IMG/VR virus record: IMGVR_UViG_3300030376_003371
Location: 1 to 58,425 of that record
From: a virus
Lineage: Duplodnaviria; Caudoviricetes
Strand: one strand, 5' to 3'
Length of the DNA: 58,425 nt
This document shows positions 31,357 through 39,563 of this stretch, piece by piece. The notes under the pieces were generated by a model. That model worked only from the letters and a program-made list of their open reading frames with translations. It was not told the DNA's origin and searched no databases. A program made the position numbers and the translations under genes. Every line of letters begins with the position of its first letter. The stretch's first letter is position 1.

Positions 31357-31766
31357 AATGTTGGGTATTGTTCTTTGACATTAAAACTAGGACAAGCTTT
31401 CGGTGAAAATTCATTATGACCATGAACCGTAGCATTAGGAAACATTTTTTTTAATGTTTGTAATAAAAGCAATAAACTTTCTTTTTGCTTTTCAGTTCTA
31501 GTATCCTTTGGAGTTTTGCCATCTTTTTCTACTCCTCCAATATAACAAACTCCTATAGATGATTTGTTCATGTTCTTTACATGAGCTCCTACTTCATCTA
31601 TCATTCTCCCTGATTCTATTTTACCATCTATTAAAACTACATAATGATATCCGCATCCTCGCCATCCTCTAGCTTTATGCCATCTATCAATTACCTCTAC
31701 ATTAACAGAGTCATCGCCCTCTCTTGTGGCAGAACAATGAAGTATTATTTTATCTATATCTCTCAT
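31353..31766 (-). CDS. Endolysin, N-acetylmuramoyl-L-alanine amidase (T7 lysozyme-like)
   Basis: IILHCSAT, GYHY, GAHV, SIGVCYIGG, HGHNEF..KACPSF zinc amidase motifs. Confidence 0.95.
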   Translation of the reverse strand: MRDIDKIILHCSATREGDDSVNVEVIDRWHKARGWRGCGYHYVVLIDGKIESGRMIDEVGAHVKNMNKSSIGVCYIGGVEKDGKTPKDTRTEKQKESLLLLLQTLKKMFPNATVHGHNEFSPKACPSFNVKEQYPTL

Positions 31767-31888
31767 CTACCTTGTCCTCTATATTTTTGTTTATAACCAT
31801 TCTGACTTTTGGAAGCATTCTTTGAATGCACTCCGGGTCTTTTCTTTTTACTTTGTTTTATATATATGGGAATATGAATCTTAGCCAT
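31763..31888 (-). CDS. Small basic protein (41 aa), not in the ORF track
   Basis: MAKIHIPIYIKQSKKKRPGVHSKNASKSQNGYKQKYRGQGR; TAATG and ATGA overlaps with both neighbours. Confidence 0.75.
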   Translation of the reverse strand: MAKIHIPIYIKQSKKKRPGVHSKNASKSQNGYKQKYRGQGR

Positions 31889-32250
31889 TACTGATTGAGT
31901 GTATCAATAACCTTTTGAAGTTCCTCAATAGTTATAGTAGGTTCAAACATAATGTTGCCTTCCCAATAACCTAAAGGTTTATTTGGTTGAGATTTTTTAG
32001 TTACAGCAATGATTGGAATTTTAGAAAATCTTTCTTGTAATTGTTTTGATTGACTTTCTAAGTATGCGTATTGAACATTACACCCATTTAGCTTTTCTAA
32101 TTTAATAGAATTCTTTTTATTCCAAGAAGCATTTATTTGTAGTACGTTGATATCGTAATCTTCAGAAGAGGATGGGGTTGCAGGAAAAGGAGTTGGCGCA
32201 ACTAAAAATGCTGCGGCAATAATTAACAAGAAAGGTAATAAAGTTTTCAT
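31888..32250 (-). CDS. Exported thioredoxin-fold-like protein lacking CxxC
   Basis: Signal-peptide-like N-terminus; VLQINASWNKKN where WCxxC would be; KIPII cis-Pro-like segment; C-terminal EELQKVID helix. Confidence 0.5.
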   Translation of the reverse strand: MKTLLPFLLIIAAAFLVAPTPFPATPSSSEDYDINVLQINASWNKKNSIKLEKLNGCNVQYAYLESQSKQLQERFSKIPIIAVTKKSQPNKPLGYWEGNIMFEPTITIEELQKVIDTLNQ

Positions 32251-32546
32251 CTTTTCTTATTTTCATACAATCTAGTCTCAAGAATTTTTAAGGTTTCTTT
32301 TATTTCTTTTACATCTTCTTTCATTGCGTCCACATCTTGTTGTGTAAGCATAATGGTTTTTCTAACTACTTCATCTTTGTATTGATATTCTTGTTGAGAA
32401 ATAACCGGTTCCGGTCTTTCCATAGCTAAAGCAATATCTGCTTTTAAACTAAAATATACACTTAAAATACTAATCAATACAAACCCTAAACCTGCGGCAT
32501 CTTTAACCGTCAATCTTAACTGTGTATCTTTGTTTAACTCGTTCAT
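32247..32546 (-). CDS. Single-TM protein with a C-terminal coiled coil
   Basis: AAGLGFVLISILSVYFSL followed by a heptad repeat. Confidence 0.7.
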   Translation of the reverse strand: MNELNKDTQLRLTVKDAAGLGFVLISILSVYFSLKADIALAMERPEPVISQQEYQYKDEVVRKTIMLTQQDVDAMKEDVKEIKETLKILETRLYENKKR

Positions 32547-32625
32547 TATCGTTTATAGATTTTTTCTTTACTTCATATTTAAATTCGATATCTAACAAAT
32601 AAGAATTTGATTGTGTGAATTCCAT
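32503..32625 (-). CDS. Small hypothetical protein (40 aa), probably leaderless
   Basis: MEFTQSNSYLLDIEFKYEV...; TAACTTTG (32630-32637) lies 4 nt before the ATG. Confidence 0.45.
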   Translation of the reverse strand: MEFTQSNSYLLDIEFKYEVKKKSINDNERVKQRYTVKIDG

Positions 32626-32669
32626 TCAACAAAGTTAAGTAAAATAAAATTATTTATTTATTTAAAAAT

Positions 32670-33623
32670 CTAAGGAGTACAGTTAGTAAAATTAGGTTTC
32701 GGTAAGGTCCAAGATGATGCACCGTCACTAAAATCAACACAATTGGTTACATTGTTTACTGCCCAACCACTTAAGTCTTGATTGAACGCAGTCGCATCTT
32801 CAAACATTTCCCTCATATTAGTTGCGCTACTCACATCCCAACCACTTATGTCTTGATTAAAAACAGGGTTCTTTTCAAACATAGATTGCATATTATTCGC
32901 ATTACCTACATCCCAAGAACTTATATCTTGATTGAATGTCATACTACTACCCCTGAACATACTATCTAGCCTGTTAGCAGAACTCACATCCCAACCTGAG
33001 ATATCTACATTAAAAGAGTTGGCACCAAAAAACATCTGATGAAACTCAAGTCCATTTGAAACATCCCAACCACTTATGTCTGCATCAAACAGAATAGCTC
33101 CATTAAACATAGTTGCAAAATCATCTACATTGCTTACATCCCAACTACTTAAGTCTTGGTCGAAAGCCTGACAATTACTAAACATTGCAGCCATATCATC
33201 TACATTGCTTACATCCCAAGAACTTATGTCTGAATTAAAAACCAAACATCCGTTAAACATTCCATTCATTCTAATAGCACTACTTGTATCCCATGAACTT
33301 AAATCGGGGTCAAAGCTTGTACAGAATCCAAACATTCCATTCATCTGCGTCATGCTACTCACATCCCAAGCTGAAAGGTCTCCGTTGAAATTAAACCTTC
33401 CATTAAAAGCAAGAGTGGCAGTAGTCACTTGACTAACATCCCAATCTTGAATTTTACCATAAGGGAATAGGTCGAAATTTCCGTTAACGTCTTGCGCTAA
33501 TATATCGTTTATTGCTGTTTGAAAAGTTGCATCTGTTAAGGGCACAGGAGGATTAGGACTAGGTTGTCCTGATTTGTTTTGTAAAAAACCTATGCCGGAT
33601 GCTATGCCAATTCCTGTTGGCAT
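32670..33623 (-). CDS. Putative head-spike fibre with DUF285/BspA-like 25-aa repeats
   Basis: About ten WDVS..M..MF....FNxDxS repeats; GIGIASGIGF N-terminal peptide; follows the spike-base gene. Confidence 0.8.
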   Translation of the reverse strand: MPTGIGIASGIGFLQNKSGQPSPNPPVPLTDATFQTAINDILAQDVNGNFDLFPYGKIQDWDVSQVTTATLAFNGRFNFNGDLSAWDVSSMTQMNGMFGFCTSFDPDLSSWDTSSAIRMNGMFNGCLVFNSDISSWDVSNVDDMAAMFSNCQAFDQDLSSWDVSNVDDFATMFNGAILFDADISGWDVSNGLEFHQMFFGANSFNVDISGWDVSSANRLDSMFRGSSMTFNQDISSWDVGNANNMQSMFEKNPVFNQDISGWDVSSATNMREMFEDATAFNQDLSGWAVNNVTNCVDFSDGASSWTLPKPNFTNCTP

Positions 33624-33624
33624 A

Positions 33625-34104
33625 TTACCATAGTGCTATTATATCCGATGCAGTTGTACCGGTATTAAAAACCTGAATACAATTTACAGGAATGAATGAG
33701 CCGCCACTAACTCCAACAAATGTTACATCGTCACCACCTGCTGTTAGTACTCTCAAGTCACCTGCTGTTCCTACATATAATACAGCACCATTGTTGTCTC
33801 CACCATATATTTGGTAAGTATCATTAAGTCCAAAAATCTGAACATTTAATAAAAGTTCTTCTTTTCCTACTCCTGTAATGATAGCTGTTTTACCATTACC
33901 TGCTGTGGTATTCTGTATAACCATACCTTTAGTAAGACCTATCTGTCTAAGGTCAGTAACATTTTGGTCTTTTATACCCGGTGGGACAGCTGATATTCCT
34001 GAAATTGTACCGCTACCATCCTTTACCATTATTTGAGGTATAGGACCTGAGTCACTTGGTACAACCGGATAAGCTCTGCTTGTATTTAACTTTTGATATG
34101 CCAT
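33625..34104 (-). CDS. Head-spike base protein (RcGTA rcc01079/GhsA-like)
   Basis: VVPSD...LYVGTAGDLRV...GDDVTF.GV.GGSFIPV...V..TGTTASDIIALW. Confidence 0.7.
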   Translation of the reverse strand: MAYQKLNTSRAYPVVPSDSGPIPQIMVKDGSGTISGISAVPPGIKDQNVTDLRQIGLTKGMVIQNTTAGNGKTAIITGVGKEELLLNVQIFGLNDTYQIYGGDNNGAVLYVGTAGDLRVLTAGGDDVTFVGVSGGSFIPVNCIQVFNTGTTASDIIALW

Positions 34105-34105
34105 A

Positions 34106-34702
34106 TTATACTACTTCTTGTAAAAGGATTGATGCTTCTACTTCTTCTCCTGTGTTTCCGAATCCTGAACTCGCAACTGCTGTAACCTGAATTGCACTTC
34201 CTGAAGGAATGTCCAAGTTTAATGTAGTTGCATCTTCAAAGAATCCCGGTGCTACACCTGAGCTTCCGTCCCATTCTGTTACGAATGCACCTACTTGAGT
34301 CCAACTTGCAGCGTCAGTCATATTAGTTCCTAACTCAGCTTTATACACATTGAATGTTATTGTTGAACTTCCTCTTGCAGTTTGATAATCTAAAGTAGAA
34401 CCCCATTGAGCTCCAAATCCTTTTATCTTTGCTTCGAAAGGTACAACTAAAAATGGGAAGTGGTCTCCTGCGGTATTTTGTTCTACACCCCAATCTATAC
34501 TACTTCCTCCTAAAATATCTGCACCTCCACCTGAGGCACCGAAGTTTACATATGTACCATTTGCCATAACTACTGCCGGAGTTTGGAAGTCGTCAGGAAA
34601 AGTATACACATCTCTTTTTGCATTTAGAGAAGCTGAACCTAAGTTTGCTGTTGGGACTGAGGGAGCTACTCCATGAAATTTTGTTCCGTTTGGTATTGCC
34701 AT
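34106..34702 (-). CDS. Putative virion decoration protein, paralogous N-terminus family A
   Basis: MAIPNGTKFHGVAPSVPTANLGSASLN followed by a beta-rich domain. Confidence 0.6.
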   Translation of the reverse strand: MAIPNGTKFHGVAPSVPTANLGSASLNAKRDVYTFPDDFQTPAVVMANGTYVNFGASGGGADILGGSSIDWGVEQNTAGDHFPFLVVPFEAKIKGFGAQWGSTLDYQTARGSSTITFNVYKAELGTNMTDAASWTQVGAFVTEWDGSSGVAPGFFEDATTLNLDIPSGSAIQVTAVASSGFGNTGEEVEASILLQEVV

Positions 34703-34720
34703 TTTCTTAAAATTATAAAA

Positions 34721-34894
34721 TTATTTATTTCTGTTATAAGGGAAAATCCTATTTAGAGAATCTCTCCTAGCACCACATCCACAATCGCTATTGGTAGCGG
34801 CAGCGACTTTATCTACTACCCTTTTGATTCCGGTGGCTTTTGTAAACTTCTCCACCGTATCTCCAAATCCCCTAGACATTGTTCTTGGTTTCAT
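34721..34894 (-). CDS. Small basic protein with a CGC motif (57 aa), not in the ORF track
   Basis: MKPRTMSRGFGDTVEKFTKATGIK...DCGCGARRDSLNRIFPY; TATCTTTG at 34899-34906 lies 4 nt upstream. Confidence 0.75.
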   Translation of the reverse strand: MKPRTMSRGFGDTVEKFTKATGIKRVVDKVAAATNSDCGCGARRDSLNRIFPYNRNK

Positions 34895-34917
34895 TCAACA
34901 AAGATAAACAATTTATT

Positions 34918-35016
34918 TTATTGATTTTTATCCTCTTCTGTTTTAACCCCAAAGTCTGTTGTAGGGTCTACAGTAGGAACCGTATAAGGTTTTAAAGTTT
35001 TATCTACTTGTGGCAT
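34918..35016 (-). CDS. Small hypothetical protein (32 aa)
   Basis: MPQVDKTLKPYTVPTVDPTTDFGVKTEEDKNQ, starts 4 nt after the upstream stop. Confidence 0.45.
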   Translation of the reverse strand: MPQVDKTLKPYTVPTVDPTTDFGVKTEEDKNQ

Positions 35017-35020
35017 TTGC

Positions 35021-36013
35021 TTATTGTTTAATCATTAATATTCCTGCTGCATTTAAAGGAGCTGCACCTGTACCATCTGTTTGATACATTTGTCCTGCTG
35101 TTAACCCTGCTGTACCTGCTGCTGCATCATCTGCATGTGCAGGAAGACTATTTGTAAAGGTTATACCTCCTGCTGTGGTGATTGGCATATCCGCAGTATT
35201 TTTTATAAAGTGAGCTTCAGTTGTATTACCGCCCACTACAAATCCATCTGCATCATGATAAATACCTGCGTATTGATTTATTGTACCTGTATAAGTTGCT
35301 TCAAGGTCAGCATTAAGAAATATCTGACGGAAGCTTTCTACTACTGAAACATTATTATCTATATCCCATTCATAGTAATGACCATATAAATAATTGATAG
35401 CTAAGTTATCTGTTAGTAGTTGTATTTTGTTTTTGTTGGCTACCCAAAAATTAGAACCGGCTGCCGGTGGCACTCCTGTTCCTGCATCTGAAATCATATC
35501 GTTGCTTAAGCCATAGAAATTTACAGGAGGATACAAGTTTCCATCATCAGCTACTCTGATTCGTGGAGTACATGCATCTCCTAATATAAAGAAAGCATTG
35601 GATGCTCCTCTAAATGAAAGTCTGTTTTGTTGACTTGCGAGTACAGTTGCTGTTTCTGACTCAGGTGTACGAATATCCCAATTGTTAAACATCTGATATC
35701 CATATCCTCCAATTCCAACTGAACCTTTTGTGTTAATTGAATTTATCCAATTAAACATTCCACCTGTGTCTACTCCATCATAATCAAACTCTTGTAAGAA
35801 AGTAATCTTAGTGTTATCATTATTAATAGGAGGAAGACCCGGTAGGGTATCATATGTTTCAGGATAGTTAATGGAAAGCTTTGTAAATGAAGTAGAAATC
35901 TCTCCCATATCGGCAGCTATCACATTGCTGTTTAAAAGCCTAGACTTTTTAAGATTAGTACTTACATTAGGTCCTACGAAATGACCCTTAAATCCCTTGG
36001 GTATCCTTGCCAT
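35021..36013 (-). CDS. Putative virion decoration/fibre protein, family A
   Basis: Start moved to ATG 36013 (MARIPKGFKGHFVGPNVSTNLKKSRLLN); C-terminus ADDAAAGTAGLTAGQMYQT. Confidence 0.65.
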   Translation of the reverse strand: MARIPKGFKGHFVGPNVSTNLKKSRLLNSNVIAADMGEISTSFTKLSINYPETYDTLPGLPPINNDNTKITFLQEFDYDGVDTGGMFNWINSINTKGSVGIGGYGYQMFNNWDIRTPESETATVLASQQNRLSFRGASNAFFILGDACTPRIRVADDGNLYPPVNFYGLSNDMISDAGTGVPPAAGSNFWVANKNKIQLLTDNLAINYLYGHYYEWDIDNNVSVVESFRQIFLNADLEATYTGTINQYAGIYHDADGFVVGGNTTEAHFIKNTADMPITTAGGITFTNSLPAHADDAAAGTAGLTAGQMYQTDGTGAAPLNAAGILMIKQ

Positions 36014-36017
36014 AGTT

Positions 36018-36158
36018 TTATTTTTTACACATACATTGAGCAACAGGACATTCGTTTACATCAATAATTAATTTTGATATTAACCAATTCCATTTGCAAC
36101 AAAGTTTGCACCAAGTCTTTTGAATCCAAAGACCTAGCTTCACTAATAATTTACCCAT
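36018..36158 (-). CDS. Cys/Trp-rich amphipathic peptide (46 aa), not in the ORF track
   Basis: MGKLLVKLGLWIQKTWCKLCCKWNWLISKLLIDVNECPVAQCMCKK; TAATG overlap upstream. Confidence 0.7.
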   Translation of the reverse strand: MGKLLVKLGLWIQKTWCKLCCKWNWLISKLIIDVNECPVAQCMCKK

Positions 36159-36370
36159 TACTTTTTGATTAAAGAACTTAAATGACCTTTAACGCTTGAA
36201 GGATAATGCTTGTCCTCTTTCATCGAATGATTACCTGAGTATGCATGTCCTGTCATTTTTTTAGCCATTCCTTTACTTTCATCTCTTCTGTCTTTTAATG
36301 ACTGCTTGTGAGCACCTTTGTGCTTACTACCTAAAGACTCATCTAGTCTGTCGTTATAACCTTGTTTCAT
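36158..36370 (-). CDS. Small basic protein
   Basis: MKQGYNDRLDESLG...; tightly packed in the operon. Confidence 0.7.
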   Translation of the reverse strand: MKQGYNDRLDESLGSKHKGAHKQSLKDRRDESKGMAKKMTGHAYSGNHSMKEDKHYPSSVKGHLSSLIKK

Positions 36371-36381
36371 AATATTGATTT

Positions 36382-36636
36382 TTATTTTTTAAATATTCTA
36401 TCTGTGATACGATTAACTCTGTCTGTTAATCTTTTTACTTTTCTCTTTTTACCTTTGTCCATTGCGTTATCAATCTTCCCTATAGTCTTTAAAACTCTTG
36501 CGCCTTTTTTACCAAGCTGTGCTTGGTTTTGTTTTTTAAGTTCTCTGTTATCTTTTCTTCTTTGCTTACGAGTTCTTGGGTCGCTTAACTCATCAATGTC
36601 TCTATTCTTGAAAGGCATGGAATAATCTTTACTCAT
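36382..36636 (-). CDS. Small basic protein
   Basis: Lys/Arg-rich, 84 aa. Confidence 0.65.
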   Translation of the reverse strand: MSKDYSMPFKNRDIDELSDPRTRKQRRKDNRELKKQNQAQLGKKGARVLKTIGKIDNAMDKGKKRKVKRLTDRVNRITDRIFKK

Positions 36637-36638
36637 AT

Positions 36639-36836
36639 CTATTTCTTTTTAGTGCTGCAGCCAAAGTTCTTAGCAAAGTTTGCCATTTTAACTACACTTG
36701 GTTTATATTTCTTTTTTTGCTTCATTACTGTGGAAGCAGCCGCACAAACTGATTTACCCGGCATATTCTTTTTTGCCCAAGCAGTAAACTTACCTTCGTT
36801 TGATTCTTTTATATCTATGAATCCTTTCTTTGCCAT
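36639..36836 (-). CDS. Small basic protein
   Basis: IKESNEGKFTAWAK...KMANFAKNF. Confidence 0.7.
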   Translation of the reverse strand: MAKKGFIDIKESNEGKFTAWAKKNMPGKSVCAAASTVMKQKKKYKPSVVKMANFAKNFGCSTKKK

Positions 36837-36838
36837 AA

Positions 36839-37375
36839 TTAATTTCCTTGTTGTATTGGTGGGTTATCATTAAATACTCTTCTTAAAATGACAACGTTCT
36901 CGTATCCTGCATTATCAGTTATAGTTCCTGTTGGGTCTATTGTAACTGACGACAACTTTATTGCATCTCCTCCTTGAACATTTGTAATTTTAGCCGAATC
37001 TAATAACACTCCCGTTGTTGCTCCTGTTACGACAACGTAATTGTTATTGGTAGTAACTTGAGCATAGTAATTATTACCAAATATTTCCACATCTCCCTCT
37101 CCAATCAAATCTCCATTCGCATCTCTACTCCAAGTAAAAGTTATACCTGTGTCATTATAAAGTTCCTCTACGAACCAAGGACCCGGATTTGTTGACGAAT
37201 AGTATCCAATGTATGTTTGAACTGCTCCACTCGGTGCGGATGATAATACCGTCTGAGTTATATCAGCCATTGTTACTGATTCTACATTAGAGTTTAACAA
37301 TTGTGATTTTCTATTCGTAGTATCTACATCTGCAGATACGGTATGTATTCTTTGGTCACTTGGAATTATTGACAT
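36839..37375 (-). CDS. Putative virion decoration protein, family A
   Basis: MSIIPSDQRIHTVSADVDTTNRKSQLLN; preceded by TATATTTG at 37396-37403. Confidence 0.6.
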   Translation of the reverse strand: MSIIPSDQRIHTVSADVDTTNRKSQLLNSNVESVTMADITQTVLSSAPSGAVQTYIGYYSSTNPGPWFVEELYNDTGITFTWSRDANGDLIGEGDVEIFGNNYYAQVTTNNNYVVVTGATTGVLLDSAKITNVQGGDAIKLSSVTIDPTGTITDNAGYENVVILRRVFNDNPPIQQGN

Positions 37376-37403
37376 AATTAATCTTTTTATTTATACAAAT
37401 ATA

Positions 37404-37694
37404 CTAATATTTTCCTTGTCTATTTTTTGGAGAAGACTTCGTGCTTCCTCCTTTACCTGCCCATAGTTTCTTGCAGGACCAATATCTTGCAGTTAACTTT
37501 GATTTAGCAGTTCCACATTTATGTCTTGCTCTAAAAGATTTTCGAGCTGCCGCACTATAGTTATGTCCATAACCTTTAGCACCAAAGTGAATTAGTTTTT
37601 CCTTGCCATTCTCACAAGCCTTAACCATTCTCTTCTTCCCTGCTCTATCAGATGCAACTACTCTGTTGCATTTCATTTTACTTTTATCTGCCAT
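37404..37694 (-). CDS. Small basic protein
   Basis: KLIHFGAKGY...ARKSFRARHKC...KLTARYWSCKKLW. Confidence 0.75.
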   Translation of the reverse strand: MADKSKMKCNRVVASDRAGKKRMVKACENGKEKLIHFGAKGYGHNYSAAARKSFRARHKCGTAKSKLTARYWSCKKLWAGKGGSTKSSPKNRQGKY

Positions 37695-37698
37695 AATT

Positions 37699-38166
37699 CT
37701 ATTGGTAAACTCTTATTTCTATAGGAGCTCCTTCTAATAAATCATCACCTAAAGCTGTTGTGTCATCTTGAGTTGTAACTACGACTTGACTAGGTGAAGC
37801 AACTTTAGCTTTTGGAGGTAGACCATCTGAAACAGGACTGCCATAGTTAAGCCATATCTGAACCTTTAGTGCTTGGGAAAATGCAGCATTAGCTGATGTC
37901 AATGTATACGTTCCGGGTGATGTTCTTCCCCATTTAAATAGAGGGTCTAACTCATTGTTGAGTACTACTGCTGTTGGGTCACCACCACCTTGCTGAGTAA
38001 TAAGTGCTGAATATGTTTTGTAGGCTCCTATACCTAATGCATTCCCCACACCACTTATCTCAATGTTTTTAGTAGCATCATTATCTGACTTGTCAGTTAT
38101 TATTATTAAATCGTCTGCTTCCGGAGTTACGATTGGATACGAACCTGTATTGCTTATCTTTCCCAT
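37699..38166 (-). CDS. Putative fibre/virion accessory protein, family B N-terminus
   Basis: MGKISNTGSYPIVTPEADDLIIITD...TKNIEI; C-terminal YKTYSALITQ..G.PTAVVLNN...IEIRVY domain. Confidence 0.6.
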   Translation of the reverse strand: MGKISNTGSYPIVTPEADDLIIITDKSDNDATKNIEISGVGNALGIGAYKTYSALITQQGGGDPTAVVLNNELDPLFKWGRTSPGTYTLTSANAAFSQALKVQIWLNYGSPVSDGLPPKAKVASPSQVVVTTQDDTTALGDDLLEGAPIEIRVYQ

Positions 38167-38169
38167 AGT

Positions 38170-38424
38170 TTATCTTTTAGTATATTTTTTAGTTACCCTA
38201 CCTGCTCTAGTATTTGCTACTACTGTTTTACCTTTACGTCCTCCGGCTTTTTTCTTACGAGCTGTCTTAGCTCTTTCAGCCTTGGTCATAGATTTAGCTT
38301 TAGCTAATGGCAAACATCTATCAGGGTTCTTTTTATTTTTACTTGTACCACAAGCTCCTTTAATAGAACCATCAAGTCCTATACGGACCCACTTCTCTTC
38401 TCGCCACTTCTTAAGCTCTCCCAC
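38170..38424 (-). CDS. Small basic protein
   Basis: GELKKWREEKWVRI...CG...RCLP; GTG start. Confidence 0.75.
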   Translation of the reverse strand: MGELKKWREEKWVRIGLDGSIKGACGTSKNKKNPDRCLPLAKAKSMTKAERAKTARKKKAGGRKGKTVVANTRAGRVTKKYTKR

Positions 38425-38426
38425 TC

Positions 38427-38585
38427 TTAATACGTTTTCTCCATTCCATAGCTAGGGTTGTTCTTCTTAGAACCGCCCATTAACTTCTGAAGTGAATCTG
38501 CTTGTGCTTTTCCTATTGCATTGTATGGAAAAGTCTTTGTCATCTTTTTGCCTGTATCAGGACAAGTATATTTTACTGTTGGCAT
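38427..38585 (-). CDS. Small basic protein (52 aa), not in the ORF track
   Basis: MPTVKYTCPDTGKKMTKTFPYNAIGKAQA... Confidence 0.7.
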   Translation of the reverse strand: MPTVKYTCPDTGKKMTKTFPYNAIGKAQADSLQKLMGGSKKNNPSYGMEKTY

Positions 38586-38609
38586 AACTTTATTTTTATT
38601 TGTTAATAT

Positions 38610-38867
38610 TTATCTTCCTTTTAATTTTACTTTTCTTTTTTTCTTAATAATAGTTTTCACTATATATTGATTTCCGTTCTTGTATGTTTTTTGTTCCTTT
38701 ACATTATCTTTAGGAGCATCTTGTATAGCTCCTGCAGGATTATTACTTCTACTCTTAATAAGAGTATCTGTCTCTATATTAAATTTAGGATAAACGCTTG
38801 TAGCTTCTTTAGCATAAGCCTTCATACATTTTTTTTTGGCACTTCCTTTTAATCCTTCACAAGCCAT
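38610..38867 (-). CDS. Small basic protein
   Basis: MACEGLKGSAKKKCMK... Confidence 0.65.
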   Translation of the reverse strand: MACEGLKGSAKKKCMKAYAKEATSVYPKFNIETDTLIKSRSNNPAGAIQDAPKDNVKEQKTYKNGNQYIVKTIIKKKRKVKLKGR

Positions 38868-38871
38868 AATT

Positions 38872-38988
38872 TTATTTTTTCTTTTTTAGTGATTTCAACA
38901 TTCTGTCAATTTTTGCAGCCTGACCTTTATGCATGGCTGAAGCTTTTTTTAATTCACTAGAAATTTGTTTTAATTTTTTAGCATCCAT
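38872..38988 (-). CDS. Small basic helical protein (38 aa), not in the ORF track
   Basis: MDAKKLKQISSELKKASAMHKGQAAKIDRMLKSLKKKK. Confidence 0.7.
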   Translation of the reverse strand: MDAKKLKQISSELKKASAMHKGQAAKIDRMLKSLKKKK

Positions 38989-38990
38989 AA

Positions 38991-39401
38991 TTATTTCTTT
39001 TTACTTGCTGTTACTTTACTTTCACCTTTTGTTACTGTTACATCTGTATCAGTCACATCAACTTGCATAGGGTCATCTTCTTTATCAGACAACTCTTTAA
39101 TCAAGCTTTTAATTATTTCTAACTCAGGCTTCTCTTCTTTTTCTTTTGCTCCAACTATATGTTGTAGTATTCCTATTAGAGCCATAGCTGCAGTAGATAC
39201 TAAACCTATAACTGCAGTCAATGCACCACCTTCTAAAAATTGAGAACTAATAACTCCTATCACTACTAAGATAGTTATATAGTTAATAGCGTTCTTACCT
39301 AAATGCTTAGAAGCAATTTCTTTAGCTGTACTATTCGCATGTATCTTATCTATCTCTATCTGCGCTTCAACTTCTTGAGTTGATTTTTCTTTTGTGCTCA
39401 T
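38991..39401 (-). CDS. Two-TM membrane protein
   Basis: Hydrophobic hairpin AINYITILVVIGVISS / ALTAVIGLVSTAAMALIGIL. Confidence 0.7.
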   Translation of the reverse strand: MSTKEKSTQEVEAQIEIDKIHANSTAKEIASKHLGKNAINYITILVVIGVISSQFLEGGALTAVIGLVSTAAMALIGILQHIVGAKEKEEKPELEIIKSLIKELSDKEDDPMQVDVTDTDVTVTKGESKVTASKKK

Positions 39402-39563
39402 CTATTTCTTTTTACTGCCCTTAGCGTAATTAGGGTCTTTACAATATTTACTTGCTGCCATATTCGCATACGCTGACGGATATGTATCAAATGTTCTCTT
39501 TGCCCAAGCTATTCCTGCAGGACAAATCTTATTTCCTTTTTTCTTTGTTCTTCCCTTTGCCAT
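39402..39563 (-). CDS. Small basic protein (53 aa), not in the ORF track
   Basis: MAKGRTKKKGNKICPAGIAWAKRTFDTYPSAYANMAASKYCKDPNY...; TAATG overlap. Confidence 0.75.
   Translation of the reverse strand: MAKGRTKKKGNKICPAGIAWAKRTFDTYPSAYANMAASKYCKDPNYAKGSKKK

Noticed and set aside
32670-33623. Diversity-generating retroelement target
   Set aside because: No reverse transcriptase gene and no adenine-specific template/variable repeat pair; the DNA repeats are explained by the 25-aa protein repeat
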